DNA of 64,000 nt from Camelus ferus (taxonomy: Eukaryota), in the NCBI RefSeq assembly GCF_009834535.1, contig NC_045706.1:30692001-30756000 (forward strand), given 5' to 3'. Under the pieces are notes generated by a model. That model was not told the DNA's origin. It saw only the letters and a list, made by a program, of their open reading frames with translations, and made no database searches. The stretch's first letter is position 1; each line of letters starts with the position of its first letter. The position numbers were made by a program, and so were the translations under genes. Of the stretch, positions 36,921 to 50,417 are shown one piece after another.

Positions 36921-37947
36921 GACCTTGGGCTTTTCCTATGACCATTGCCCGAGATACCAAGCCCATCACACATACTATATTTATGCAGCTTCTTTATTCA
37001 GCATTTCTTGTGGCTTCCAACGAGGCACTGGTGTGGTAGCAAACACAGTCAGGTTTTGGAGCCAGGGAGATATAGGTGAGATTCCTTATTAGCTTGGTGA
37101 CCTTAGACAAATTAACCAGCTTCTCTCAATTCCTTGTTTGTAAAATGGGGGTGAGAATGTTTACCTTACAGGGTTGTCATGAGGATTTAGAGACTCTGCC
37201 GCAGAATGCACAGCCTGGCACCTGTAGGTGGTTATTTAGAGGGACCAGCTGCAGTTGTGGATAGAAGCAATTTTGTCCAGTTCCAGCCATTTCAACATCC
37301 TTCACAGGGCTCCTCTTTTTCTCCCACACTTTCTAGTAGTGTTACCAGGAAGGAAAATTGGGCAGCTTCTGTCAGATGAGGGGATGAGTGAGTGGGGTCA
37401 ACATGGAAGTGTGGGAGGGGAAATCTGGACTGCTTCTAGGTGACATCAGAATCAGATCCAGGGAGAAGCTCTGTAGGCTGCAAAGACCAGCGTCATAACT
37501 CACCAGGATAGGTCCAGGCATGAGCCGATGAGTAGGGTTGTGGTGGAGTTTAAAAAGGGAAGCCAGTTTGGCTCTGGGAGGCGGCTCAAGTGGAAAAGTT
37601 AATGCTTAGCAGAGTGAGGGTGATGACTCACAGCTTTGCTAGGCAGAGGTCTTGGAAGAATGAGGTGGCTGGTCCCGCAGCTGGCCATGTGCAGGGAAGC
37701 TCAGCAATGTGACATTCCGCTGGACAAAACCCACGACCTCCTACATTCCATAGCAGAAGAGAGGGAGCTGAGGAGTAGTTCAAAGCATGGCCACTAACTT
37801 CAGACTGCCTGGGCTCAAAGCCTAGCCCTGCCCCACTTACTAACTGAGTGACTCTGAATATGTCACTTGACTTTTCAGTTTCCTTAGCTTTGGAAAGGGG
37901 ATGGAAATAATTATACATACTCCCTAGGGTTTTTAAGGAGATTAGAT

Positions 37948-38912
37948 GATATGAGATAATGGAAAAAATATACATATTGATCTGTCCCCCAGCCCAGCCC
38001 CAGTCCTTTTTCCTGGCACAGAGATCCTGAGACCCTTGTCATTTCCTAGGTGATAAGAGTACCAGCAGCATCTCTTGTTCTATTTGCCTTGCCCTGTCCC
38101 TGTCACCGGGCTCCTAAAATCCTTCTGATTCCTGTGGGATAAGAGCACTAAGAGCATCTTTTGTTCTAATGAAGTGGCTCTGGGTGGGCTCCTGGCCGGG
38201 GGTTGGTCACCAGAAAGACCAAACCATGATTGAAAGCTTGATGTTTTCATCCCCACCCCCTAATTCTCTAGAGTGAGGAGAGGGACTGGAAATGGAGTTA
38301 ATAATTGATCATGCCCACATGATGAAGTCTCCATAAAAATCCCCCAAGTATGGGGTTGGAGGCCTTCCAGGTGGGTGAACACATTCCTGTACCAGGAGGG
38401 TGACACACCCCAGCTCCATGGAGATGGAAGCTCCTGGGCTCAAGACCCTCCCAGATCCCACCCTGTGTATCTCTTCATCTGGCTATTCATCTGCATCCTT
38501 TATCATATCTTTAATAAATTGGTGAATGGAAGTAACTGTTTTCCTGAATTCTGTGAGCTGTTCTAGCAAACTCGTTGAATGCAAGGAGTGGGTCATGGGA
38601 ACTTCAGATCTATAGCCAATTGGTCAGAAGCACAGGTGACAACCTGGACTTGCTACTGGTGTCTGAAGTGGGGGTTGGGGGGAGTCTTGTGGGACTGCAC
38701 CCTTCAACTGTGGGATCAGATGCTAACTCCAGGTAGGTAGTGTCAGAATTGAGTTAAGTTGTAGAACACCCAGCAGGTGTTGTGGAAAGTTGCCTGGTGG
38801 GGGAACATTCCCTGCCCAAGGTGGATATGTTGGTGTCACAGTGCTGTTGAGCGTTCGGTGTGATAGTAAAGGAGACAAAACAAAACAGGTTGTTCCCCCC
38901 GCCCCCCCGAAA
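37948..38912 (+). mobile_element. MER21-like LTR inserted into a MIR
   Basis: 'ttcctggcacagag...ggtcaccagaaagaccaa...tgtatctcttcatctggct...gtcagaagcacaggtgacaacctg'. MIR sequence at 37780-37947 resumes near 38915. Confidence 0.8.
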
Positions 38913-39743
38913 ATAGATGAGCTAAGACTTATAAAGCATTTTGTACTCAAACATTAGCTTTTGTTTTGTTAAGTATCTGGGGACTTGGGACTCAATAGAA
39001 GCCCCTGCTCCTCGGACTTTGCTCCAGGGAAACTTTAAGCACTAGCTGGATAAACATTTACTCATCCGGGTGGGTGTGCTGTTCAGTCTCAGGCCCAAAG
39101 AAAGAAGACCTTGTATCTTCAGAAAAAATGACCCAGGAGTAAAGGAAATACCCAGGTCTCTCCTCGTCCTAGAAAGTGTTCACCTACTAATGATCTTGTC
39201 CTGGGCCTGTGGGAGGGCATCTAGCTTAATCTTTAAGCTGGTTAGGGGTCTCATCATGTGTAAAGGCAGCATTGGCTTCAGAGCTGAAATTCCGGGTTTA
39301 TATCAGGCACCATTGCTGTGTTTAAGGTCAGATGTATTTCTTAACTCCTTGGAGTCTCAGTATCCTCATCAATAAAATGGGATACCTAAGGATCAGAAGT
39401 TGCCTTCGTTGGCTTCTTTCTGCAGCAGGCTGGGGAGATGTGCAGATGCTGGGAATCCTTGGGCCATTGGTCCATAGGAGTTGGTGAGGGAGAGGCAGCA
39501 GGTCCCAGCATTTCTGTGGTTTTGAGTCCCTCACCCCTCAACTTCATGTAGATCTGGAGATGGGAAAACCGTTTCAGGCTGTTCAGGTTGGAAAACTGAT
39601 TCAGGTACCCCCAGCCTAGGCAGATGAAGGGAAAATGCAGGCACGTCATTGGCCCTCAGGGAAATGGTCTTCAAATGAACAAATGAATGATACATGCTCT
39701 GAATGTTTGTAAATGACTGGTATCTCTTGTTTTTTATTTGCAG

Positions 39744-39799
39744 ATGAGAAGAAGAAAACAAAGAAAGTCGATAACGAACTCAACCCCGTCTGGAATGAG
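39744..39799 (+). CDS. MYOF: Myoferlin exon 2
   Basis: ttgcag|AT GAG AAG... GAG|gtgact; 56 nt; (D)EKKKTKKVDNELNPVWNE, containing the C2-domain NPVWNE motif. Confidence 0.96.
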
Positions 39800-42049
39800 G
39801 TGACTTCATTGTTTTTCAATTTTGTTTCAATGAATAAGCCACCTTTGACTGTTCCATCTTTGGTCAGAGGTTAACTCTTCCATTTGGAAGGGAAGTCTCT
39901 GCATTCCGCGCCCCGCTCCCACCCCTTCCAGCTCCTTTTGTGGTCACAGCAGTTCAAAGAGACGTAACACAGTGACATCTCTTGTACCGTAGTGGTGTGG
40001 CAAATGGAGCCTGGACGGCGTGAGGAGGGTGGGGTTCTAGCCTGGTGCAGTCGTGAGCTTGCTGTGTGACCTTGTCCGGTTATGCTGCATGCAAACTGGG
40101 GCACTTCTGTAGGGCAAGGGGTGGGATTAGATGATCTCCGGAGTCCCAGAGGGAAAGCTCCATAATTAAAACCGTATCTGCCTGTGACTAATCAAGAGTG
40201 TATGACACGATACTTTGTGGGTCTGGAAGAGTAATGGCATTTATTGTTTTTTATGTTGATAAAAGTAATGTATTTTTAATGTAGAAAATTTGAAAACTTC
40301 AGATCGGCTTAAAAAAATGACTTGTGGTCCTACTATGCAGAAACAACTACTGTTAACATCTCATATAAATAAATGTTTGTTGAGTGGGTATGTTTAATAT
40401 GATGTTTTAAAATTAGTAAATTAGTATCATATAGCAAATACAGTTTCGTATCCAATTTTTTTCTTACTTTTATATCTTGAGCATATACCCTTATCATTCC
40501 ACTCAAAAATATTTTTAATGACTATGTATTATTGTATTGAATGGATATAAAACAAGTTATTTACCCCTCTACTGTTGACTTTATGTCTGTTTTATAAATG
40601 GTTCAGTGTTTAATATATTTATAGAAATGTGAAAATTTTAATTCTTTCCACTGAGTAGAATTTTCCTCTGCTGACTAATTTTTGAAAAGTTGATCATCCA
40701 CCCCATTGTTTTTCCAAAAGCCAGGTCAGACCTCCCTGGGTAAGTACAATGTTCAGTGTCTTTGCTGTTTTGCCAAGTCAGCAGGCTGTGAAGACTTCCC
40801 CTCCACCAACTGCAAATCCCTTCCTCTCCCAACTAGTTTCAGTATCTCTAGAAGATAAAGACCACACTTTCTCATTGTTGAGGCCAAGACTAAAAGCTTC
40901 TTAGTGCTTCTCTGAAAAGCCTTGCTGCTCTCAGGCAGGCTGAGAGGGCATTCCACTTCTATGCAGTTTCACTGGAACCCAGAACACAGCCAGGTGGTCT
41001 GCCAGCTCCGCAAGAGCCAGAAGCTTGTCTGGTCCCTGTGGAACCTGTGGATTCTTAGCACCACACACAGAGTCCCAAGACTAAAAGAAATAAAAAAATA
41101 CATACATGTGTGCATTTAGTGATAACATGCCTCTTTAAATTTGAGCCCAGTCCTTGTGGTCAATGGCAAAAAGGTGTGTGGTCACGTGAGCAGTTATGTC
41201 TTCTACAGGGCATCATCTATCTCACCCCATTTTGTTTCCAACACATTTTTTTTCTCATAATGTATTTATCAAGTAAACTTCCCAGTTGCAATTTTATAAC
41301 TGAAACCAGACCTAAATGAAATGCCAATCCCAAACCCACTGGGATTAATGGACGTGTTGTCATAGGAGCTGTGAGACACTTTCTCCATCCATTACAAACC
41401 CATTGCAAGGAGGATCAAATCATCCTCAGTGATTTATTAAACTCATTTATTGCATAATCAATCACAGGAATCACTGGTGCTAAGTTGATTTTTTTTTTTT
41501 TTTTTTTTTTTTTTAGCATTTACCTTTAGAAAACAATTTACTGCCTTAAGATGAGAAACTCACCTGACTGTAGCACTGACCATGGTGGGACTTAAATAAG
41601 AGACTGATGCATTTCAGAAAGTGTTTTTTTAGATTATTCATCTGTTTGATAGTAATATGATTAAGAAAAGCAAGCAATTTAAAAATAACCATCGAAGAAA
41701 GCATTTTCACATACACATTTTATTCTATTTGTGCTACAGTTATGGCAGGCGTTAAGGCTAGTTTTCTAACTATAAGACTGGTTTGGTGACTTGTCTAAAG
41801 CCGCAGAGCCTAGAAAACGGGAAGCTAGGAGTAACCACCAGGTCCTTGGAGGCTAAGTCTGGTTTGCTTTCCCATGAGCCTTAGCAGCCTCCAAGTTCAG
41901 TATTTGATCGCTTTTGTCTAACTCTAAAATTGAGTAATTCAAAAGGTTGTCACTGGTGAAGATGAGCCAGTGTTTAGTATCAGTGCATCTTGTTATATTT
42001 CCTGATCCCTTTAACAGCCTTTTTGTTTTCATAATCTTTCTATGGACAG

Positions 42050-42141
42050 ATTTTGGAGTTTGACTTGAGGGGTATACCACTGGACTTCTCATCGTCCCTT
42101 GGGATTGTTGTGAAAGATTTTGAGACAATTGGACAAAATAA
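42050..42141 (+). CDS. MYOF: Myoferlin exon 3
   Basis: gacag|ATTTTG... AA|gtaagt; 92 nt; ILEFDLRGIPLDFSSSLGIVVKDFETIGQN(K). Confidence 0.96.
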
Positions 42142-42828
42142 GTAAGTTGATTTCAACTGTTTTTCTCATTTTACTATTGTTTATTTTGTTGAAGGAACAC
42201 ATCTTTGATGACATAATATTTCCAATATAATAGTGCTGTAATTCTATGCCCACCCCCTCTCCCCTTTTGAGCCAATATCAGATGTGGCTAATCAGTCCCA
42301 GTGCCTTTTTCCAATAACTGCTGTATTCCTAAGAGGCTGTATACACTAAGCCACCAATGGTATATCCAATTTGGCACTTACAGTGAAACCTGTTTATGCT
42401 CCTGCAATTTCTTTGTTAATGACTTATAGTCACTGATGATTATTAGAACTGTAGCTTTATTGGACACAAGCAAAATCATTTCTTCTACTGATTATGTGTG
42501 ACCCATTATGTCTCATTCAGGTTCTGTTTCCAGCCCCACTTCCATTTTCATGTCTCACTGGGTTTTTTAAACCCAACAGATTCAAACCGGATTCTTTGTC
42601 TTACTGCCTCTACCAGTTTTAAGTGGGAAAGGGTCACAGTAGTGCCCAGTGGTGGCGCTGAGGGTTGTCCCCTGGGTAAAGCTGAGGTTCTCATGGAACA
42701 GAATGACTTCAGTAAATTCATCCCAGTCCTTGATCTGGACTTTGGCCTTAGGCTTGGAACTCAGTCTTAGGTTATCGATTCAAACTAACTAAGCTCACAA
42801 GAGAACAGTTTTTAAAACCAAAATACTT

Positions 42829-42887
42829 TTTCTTTAATGTGTGTGTATTTTTTAATTGAAGTATAGTTGATTAGTTTCAAGGATAAC
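42829..42887 (-). mobile_element. Ultra-truncated L1 3' end (~59 bp) with a 13-bp TSD
   Basis: 'tttttaattgaagtatagttgatt' is the antisense L1 terminus. TSD AACCAAAATACTT at 42816-42828 and 42888-42900. Confidence 0.75.
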
Positions 42888-42994
42888 AACCAAAATACTT
42901 GTTATTTTACAATGGAAATAAATTGCCTGTTGGGGGAGGGCATATCTACTCTCTAACGAATTTTCTTTCATGTCATATCACATGGGAAGCCAAA

Positions 42995-43130
42995 TTACTC
43001 CTTGATTGTAAGATACCATTGATCATAAGCTGTACTATTAAATTAATAACAGGTTTGGCTGGGGGGAGGGGAAGAAGTCTCATATTAAATGCCCATGTCA
43101 ATTGTAAGAAGCATCCCAGTTTTTAGTAAT
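42995..43130. mobile_element. TcMar-Tc2 fragment (MER104/Kanga-like)
   Basis: Repeated 'gattgtaagatacc...aattgtaagaagcatcc' motifs. Confidence 0.45.
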
Positions 43131-43226
43131 GTCATAGTATTTAAAAATGTAGGTCTGAGCCCCAGTACATTTGGTATAATCAGAAGGCTACAATGAGAGC
43201 ATTAAATTGGAATGGATGAGTTGAGA

Positions 43227-43353
43227 TAGGGTGGCCCTATGCCCTGATTTGCTTCAGATAGCCCTGGTTTGTTGTCCCAGCACAATGATTTATGATGTCC
43301 CTTTCACTATGAAAAGTAGCTTGGTTTGAACAGTAAATTAGATGGTCATCCTA
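43227..43353. mobile_element. MER81-like hAT-Blackjack MITE
   Basis: Inverted termini 'tagggtggcc' ... 'ggtcatccta'; internal 'tgtccctttcact'. Confidence 0.65.
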
Positions 43354-43814
43354 CTCATTGGGGTCTTCTGCTTAATGATGTCAGACAGAGAGAGCCTAGA
43401 CAGACGTCTACCTTGTGGACAGTGCTTTGACAGGCACTGCCCATGTTCACCTTTTATGAGATCCTTTCTTCCATCTTCCATTGCTGACCAGTGCCCCTTG
43501 GGACTGATGCACTTTCTCCTTAAGCAATAGAAATACATTCCAGCAGATTCTGGCCCTACTCTCTTGGACCAAAAAAAAAAAAAAACAAAAACAAAAAACT
43601 AGCCTTTTAAGGTTATGTTGCACATCTTAGCTTTGAAGCAATTATATGATTTTCTATCCCCACCCCAACTCCCAGAGGAGAGTTTTATTTCCCGTATTTC
43701 AAAGTTTTGGGGAAGTGGGTGGTTGAACCTCACTGTAGCCTCCTATCTGTTACGAATAATAGTTCTTTCTCTTCTCTGCTCTCTCTGCAATTGGTACCAC
43801 TGTTTATATTCCAG

Positions 43815-44137
43815 GCCCGCTCTCTCCAATAGGAATATAGTGTGAGCTGCATGTTTAATTTAAAATTTTCTAGTAGCCATGTTAAAAAACAAAAAGGAAC
43901 AGATGAAACTAATTTTAATGATATATTTTATTTAATTTAGTATATCCAATATATTATCACTTCAATATGTAATCAATATTTTGAAAAATCATTAGGACAT
44001 TTTACATGGATTTTTTCTTTCAGTGTTTGAAGTCTGGTGTGTATTTCACACCAACAGCACATCTCTGTCCAGATTAGCCGCATTTCAAGTGCTCTGTAGC
44101 CACATGTGTTTGGTGGCCACCATTTTGGAGAGCACAG
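43815..44137. mobile_element. MER33-like hAT-Charlie element
   Basis: 'ctctccaataggaatata...aaattttctagtagcca...catttcaagtgctctgtagccacatgtg...ttggagagcacag'. Confidence 0.8.
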
Positions 44138-44369
44138 CTCCAGACCGCTGGGCTCAAAACCTCAGGTCTGCCTGGATCTTTTCCCTTTCACATCCCATCC
44201 AATCTATGGCCAAATCTTACTTTGCCGTCCTTTCCACTGTCTGTGCTATGTGCTTCTTACTCATGGCCACAATCACCAGCCTGGTTGTGCCTCATCTACT
44301 TTAACCTGGCAGTAGAGACTGGCAGGCTGGCCTGGGAGCTCTCATCTGCATTTCAAACAATATCACTGC

Positions 44370-44905
44370 TTTCCTGAATGTTACATTCTCGAGAGAGAGT
44401 CAGAAAACAAACAAACATGTGAAGAAACATATACTAGATCAGGTACTATGAAGTGCTGTAACCTAAGGAAGGAAACTCATAGCCCATGAAGGAAAATAAT
44501 GCAGAGTAAAAGGATAGTTATTGAGGATGGGGGAAAGTTTTATATGAGGTACTAATAAGCTGACAATTGAGCAGAGACCTAAATAAAGTGAAAGAATGAG
44601 CCTTGCAGCTTTCTAGAGAGGAAAGAACATTCCAGGCAGAGATAATAGCAAGTGCAAAGGCCCTGAGGCAGGAGTATATCTGGGGTGTTGGAGAAAGATT
44701 GCGGAGGCCAGAGGGCTGGCATGGGGAAAAGGGATGAGATCATTAAAGGCACACATGCGTGGCTTTCTGAGGCATGGTGCAAGCTTTGGATTTCATTCCT
44801 AGTAAGATGGAAGTCCATTAAAGTGTTCTGAGTATGATCTGACTTATATTTTAAAAGTCTTGCTTGGGCTTTCTGTTTGGAGGTTGGTTGTAGGAACCAG
44901 TTAGG
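44370..44905 (-). mobile_element. L2 fragment
   Basis: 'cattccaggcagagataatagcaagtgcaaaggccctgaggcagga'. Confidence 0.8.
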
Positions 44906-46426
44906 AAGCAGGGAAAACAATACTGGAAGAACTTCATATGTTTATTTTATACCTATTGAAAACACATTGGGGCCTTTGGAAGACAGCAGTGATGGGGATA
45001 GGAAAAATCCTCACCCGAAGTCTCACCTTGGCACTTACTTTGGGCATTTGGCATGCATTTCTGGAGATAGAGTTGATGGGCAGTGTATATGGTCCTGGAA
45101 ATTTTTCTGTTTAATTCTGAATGAAGGAAATACAAGGGGTTCTGTTAGAAGAGGGCCCTTCTAAAGTTCGAGGCACCATGCATCTTGCTGAGATGTGTTG
45201 CACTTGATGTTACTATGTCAATTGAAAAAAAAAACCCATCTGGGAATAAGCTGCATGTTTGTCCCAAAAATTTGTGTATTTTGGCCCCAGATTTTCTCCT
45301 TGGCTTTTATACTGAAGATTTGGCTCTGTGGATGGGCTCACCGCTCAGTGTGGGAATGTCTTCCACACCTGGAGCAAGGTGGGGGCAGAGGATTTTTCTA
45401 CCAGCTTAAGGAATGTCTTTCCTGTGGACTTTCCTGTTTCCATGGAGACTGGCTGTGTAAATAGGGTTCTCACTCTCCAGTCTGCAGCCCCAGGGCCTGT
45501 AAGCAAACAGCACCAGGCTGCCTGAGTTTGCCTGAGCATCCGCCCTGCCCACACCCACAGGGACTGGACCGGGCGGTCTGGGCACGCACAGCGCAGGCGC
45601 GTAGGCAGTGTCCCTCCTCCCCAGGCTCTGGGAACCAGTGGGGCTGTTCAGTGTAGACTCTGTTCTTCCTCACTTTACAGTCATCCAACCAGTCATCTGG
45701 GCTGAACTAGGGTGAGAGAAGGGCCAGAGGAGCCTCTTAGTCACATGATGAACATGAAATGGTATTTTTAGCTGAAATGTCAGAGTGGAAGGATTTTCCC
45801 AGCAGCTGAAGAATGAGAGTTCCCTTTGCAGACAGGCATTGTGGCTGTCCCTTAGTGAGGACTTAGGGAGGGCGAGGGAGGGAGGGGCGAGGGCGACTCT
45901 GAGCCCATCGAATGCATTATCCTCACAGACACCCTGTTTTCCTCAGAGAGGTTTAGGCATCTGCTCAGGATCACACAGCAGCTATGTGTCAGAGTCAGCA
46001 TTTATATATCCAGCCCTGTACTTTTGACTTTTCCATTATACTGAAAACTTCCTGATCACCTATAGGAACCAAAATGTAGATGGAATAATTGGTTATCTTT
46101 AGGCTTAAAGGGAAATAATTTTTCTTTCTAATTTTGAAAAAAAAAACACTCATTGGGATCTCCTCTCTCCTTAGGAAAAAATTTTAAGCAGGCCTTTTAT
46201 ACTATTAAGTAATAAGTCACTTATGCCCTGCAATGGACAAGATAAGTTCAGAGAATAGATCTCATCTCACGTGATCTTCACAATGACCTTGAGAAGAGAT
46301 GAGACTTGAGGCTTAGACGGCTTGAGGCTAGGACCCTGATCCCTTGAGTTCCTAAAGAAGAATCTTCTTCAGGGGCCTAGAAATGTAAGAATGAAAGATT
46401 TTTACAAGTTTTCAGTTGAGAGTGTT

Positions 46427-46458
46427 TGTGTGTGTGTGTGTGTGTGTATATGTATGTG
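46427..46458 (+). repeat. (TG)n microsatellite
   Basis: Directly visible. Confidence 0.85.
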
Positions 46459-47200
46459 TTCTGCTCACACTAAGATGATGTAACAGGGACCAGATTTACC
46501 CTCTTACCTGACACAACAAGAAAAGTAGGTAAAATACATACAACAGTGGTTTCGGATATTGGACACTGGCAGCACAAGACAGCGATCCCCAGGAGAGGGG
46601 TGATAAGTGAGATGAGCCTTATCCGTGCCCAGCTTAATGCCTAGAGAGCATTTGCAGGGTGCGGTGCAGGGATGGGGGACTCGGGCTGGTCACTTGTCTC
46701 CCAGAGTTGAGGAGGTGCAGGTGGGAACCTAGAGCTATACACACACACACGGAGACAGAGAGAGAACACTCCTGAGGTTTGCAGAGGGTTCCTCCTGACT
46801 CCTCAGGTGATTACTGGTCAGTGAGGAAACTACACGAGGCAGGGAAGTGACCCATCTGAAAGGAGCAGACAGAACAGTTCTTGAAACAGTCACAGGGCTG
46901 GGAATAGTTAATTTCCACCATCCAGAGTGGAAAGACCTTCTAATTCATGCGCATTAGGTAGAGTACAAAGAAGGTTTTACCTCAATAATGTGAAGAAGAA
47001 CCAGATATATCATTATTAAACAGATATGCTATTAGTAGATGATATTATGAGCAGACATGGACAATGAAACAGGTATTACAATCATATCCCGCAGGTTCAG
47101 GAAGGTAGAGGAGAGCTTGAGTACATAGAGACACATAAAAGATCCAAAAAAAGATCCAAATTGAACCTGGAGAGATGCAAATTACAATGTCTGAGATGAA
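46458..47200 (+). mobile_element. Old L1 5'UTR/ORF1 fragment
   Basis: 'gtaacagggaccagatttaccctc...' and 'ttgaacctggagagatgcaaattacaatgtctgagatgaaa' (ORF1-like). Confidence 0.55.
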
Positions 47201-49001
47201 ATGACCATAATTATCTAAGAGTTTGCATTTCCAGGAGTCTTATTTTTCCCTCCATATGTTATACTTGTGCATTCAAAACCACCATCACATATGCCCTCAT
47301 GCAAATGCAGAGCAAAGTTAGAGCCATCACCTGAAGATAAATCATCGGCTTTGCTGAAGTGTGAGTAAGAATGACATCACCAAAGACCTAACCGTATACC
47401 TCGGAGGAAATTGACCCAAGTTCTTGCAAAAGAGGTGGTGTGGGCAAGTGGTCAGCTGAGACCATCAGGAGATTAGTTTGGATTCTGACCCTGCTGTTTA
47501 GGGTTGAGTGACTCTCGGCAAGTTTCTTCATCTTTATAATGGTGGCTGGAATACTTCCTCAATAAGTGGTAGACATAAGGGCAAATTTAATATAATTAAG
47601 GAAAAAATAACTTAAATTTCCTGATGAACAGCATAATAGCTAATATCAGTTGTGGGCTTACCAGGGACCAATAATTGTGCTAAAACTGTTTCATACACAA
47701 TCACTTTTAATCTTTTTAACAACTCTGAGTCAGACAGGCTTATTGCCATCTTAGAGTTGAGGAAAAATGTGGCACAGAGAGGTTCACCACATTGCTTAAA
47801 GGCACCCAGCTCTTTAATTGAAAACAAATGGATTTATGTTAAAATCCTCTTACACAGAGACCAGACCTTCCAAGATATGTTTTCCGTGTGTGAGAGTGTC
47901 TTTGGGTTGAGGGCCAGGGTGCCAGGTTGTGAAAGTGAGAGGATAGCACAATTTATACACACTCACCCCCCCCCCCAACACACACAGAGAATGGTACTGG
48001 GGGTTATAGAATTAGAAGAAAAAGAGAAAAAGGACAAGCTTGAGTTATGAAGTATTCTAACTAACTCCTGAGGCAAGAGTTTTTTACTTTTTTGTTTTTT
48101 ACTTAGAGAAAACAGAAAGACTGTGGTTTGGAATGAAATTCCTTTGCTGGGACAGTATGGTATTGCTTATGAGAACTTTTCATCCTCTGGTGTACAAAAG
48201 ACCTTATGGTCAAGCTTTTAATACTTTCATCTCTCTGAGCGGTGAGCCTGGCTTCTGGCCTTGCCATACATAATCTTGTCAGTGGGATTTGTTGAGCTGG
48301 TCCCCACAACCTTTCCTTTTCTCCCGTGTGGTTGGTGAGGAGAGTTGAGGCAGGTTTTCTACCCGGAGGAGCTTCTCAGACTGTTTGAAAATCCAAACCA
48401 GAGGCAGATGTAACTGTAGAGCAGAATTCCCAGTTTGGGGTTCTTTTTAGCTCTGTATTTTCAACAGAGCGGCAAAACTATGAGAAAATCAGAGCTGGTT
48501 TGGGCTGGCTGGCTCTGGGTGCTGGAGAGGCTGAGCCCCACTGTTGGGGGAGGCCAGTTAAGTAGCTGCCACAGCCTTGCTGGCATCCATTACCATCTCA
48601 AGAGTAAGTAAAGGTGGATCATAGCCTTGGAGAGCAACACCCAGACAGACTGAAAGAGAAAGGCATTTCATGACAAGAGCTGTAATTATCTCCTAATTGC
48701 ACTTGGAGGACCATCCCGTAGGAGGGAAGGCTTTGTAACCTGTAAGTCATTTACAGGCTCATTGGACTATCTTCAATGATGTACCAATTAATTTATTCAT
48801 TCAACATATATTTCCTAATGCCCACTGTGTGTCAGACACTGCTCCAGGCACTGGGGGTACTCCGTGCCTTTCATGGGGCTCACTTCTGAGTGGCGGGGAC
48901 AGACAATAAATAAATAAATCCACAAACAGTATATCAGATTTGGTAAATATGGTAAAGAAAAATACAGCAGGGGAAAAAAGGAGAAAAAGATAGGGTGAAG
49001 G

Positions 49002-49013
49002 GTGTGTGCATGT

Positions 49014-49051
<38 letters not shown>
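49002..49051 (+). repeat. (TG)n microsatellite
   Basis: TG repeat, imperfect at the left end and perfect thereafter. Confidence 0.92.
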
Positions 49052-49054
<3 letters not shown>

Positions 49055-49717
49055 GGTTTAGAAAGGTTTTTTGAATAAAGATTTCTTTGGGAGTTTATTT
49101 TATAATGAAACATTATATAAGACCTATGGCTTTAAAAATTCATTCAGATTCCACTAATTGGATTTTATGAGAATTTAGCTACAGCAGATGTTTACTTTTG
49201 GTCCAACCTTGAAAATAAAAGTTGTTTTCCGAACAGATTCATGGTGTATATAGCTGTGAGGGTGGGGAGAGAGCTATTTGATGGACCCAGAAGAACTGGT
49301 TTTAGGAACTTTGCACAATGATCGTAGAGAAATGCCTATGGGTGATTACAAAGGGTTCTTATCTGTTCGTTCATGCCCGCCTGCCCACTCTCCAGCAGAT
49401 AAACCTGCCTTCCTGTGATTTGGGCTGTGCATGGGTTTAGACCAGCTTTCCCTGCAAACACTGACCTGGAGTCATGTGTTTTTTTTTTAGGTCCCTTTTT
49501 CTAGAGTAGTATCATCTGAGATAACAGAACAAAGTGAGGTTAAGCACATACCACATCATCATTTTAATCCTTATAAGAATACTATTAGGTAAGAGTTGCC
49601 ATTACCCCCATTTTACAGATGAGGAAACTGAGCTCAGAGTAGTTACATAGTCTGTGGTACAAGGATGGGTCCTAGTTCTAATCAGCCTAGTTCTAAGGTC
49701 TTGCCTAGCTCCAAGTT

Positions 49718-49822
49718 TTTTTTTATGGTAATGAGCTTTTATTCTTTTTTAAAAAAAATTTTATTGAAGTACAATCAATTACAATGTGTTAATCTCTGGT
49801 GTACAGCACAATGTCCCAGTCA
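49718..49822 (-). mobile_element. Truncated L1 3' end (~105 bp) with a 12-bp TSD, inside a MIR
   Basis: 'ttattgaagtacaatcaattacaatgtgttaatctctggtgtacagcacaatgtcccagtca', the same family as 14886-15083. TSD TAGCTCCAAGTT at 49706-49717 and 49823-49834. Confidence 0.85.
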
Positions 49823-50417
49823 TAGCTCCAAGTTCTTAATCACTATGTTATGCTGTCCTCCTTACTATGTAAGGTCCAAATGCTTGATGAATGAGTGAAT
49901 GAATGAAAGCTACCACTTTGATTCTAATGAATGAGGGCATCAGACAGAGACAGAGCCTGGGAGTTGTGCTGAACTGTCTGGAACAGGCAAGTACAGATCC
50001 AGCACCTTGAGGGCTGAATGAACAGGAAGACTGGTCAGGAGCAAATAGCAAAATGGTAGGATACAGTTATTTAAGAAATAATTCTTGAACATCTCCTGCA
50101 TAGCAGCCATAAGGCTAGTTAACCTACCCCCGGCCTTGTAGCCTGGCTGTCCAGGAGGATTTTGGGGCAGAGGCTGGGCTTCCAGTCAGCTCCTTCCCCT
50201 GTTAAAGTGACGCCATCTGCCATCCTGCGTCTGCAGCAAGGGCTGGGACTGGGAGGGGCTGGCAAAAAGGGAGTCAGTGCAGCCAAATCCTGCAAATCCT
50301 GCCACAGCCTCCAGGCTAGGTCAGCAATTCCAAAATCTGGGAACAGAGTTTGTTAACACCTCCACCTCAGGGGGCTTGAACATTACCAGGTATAAGAACC
50401 CCTGTGTGGACCAGGAG

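Noticed and set aside
42644..42659. Third CTCF-like motif CCCAGTGGTGGCGC
   Set aside because: Several mismatches in the core, including the conserved AG, make it too weak to call without data.
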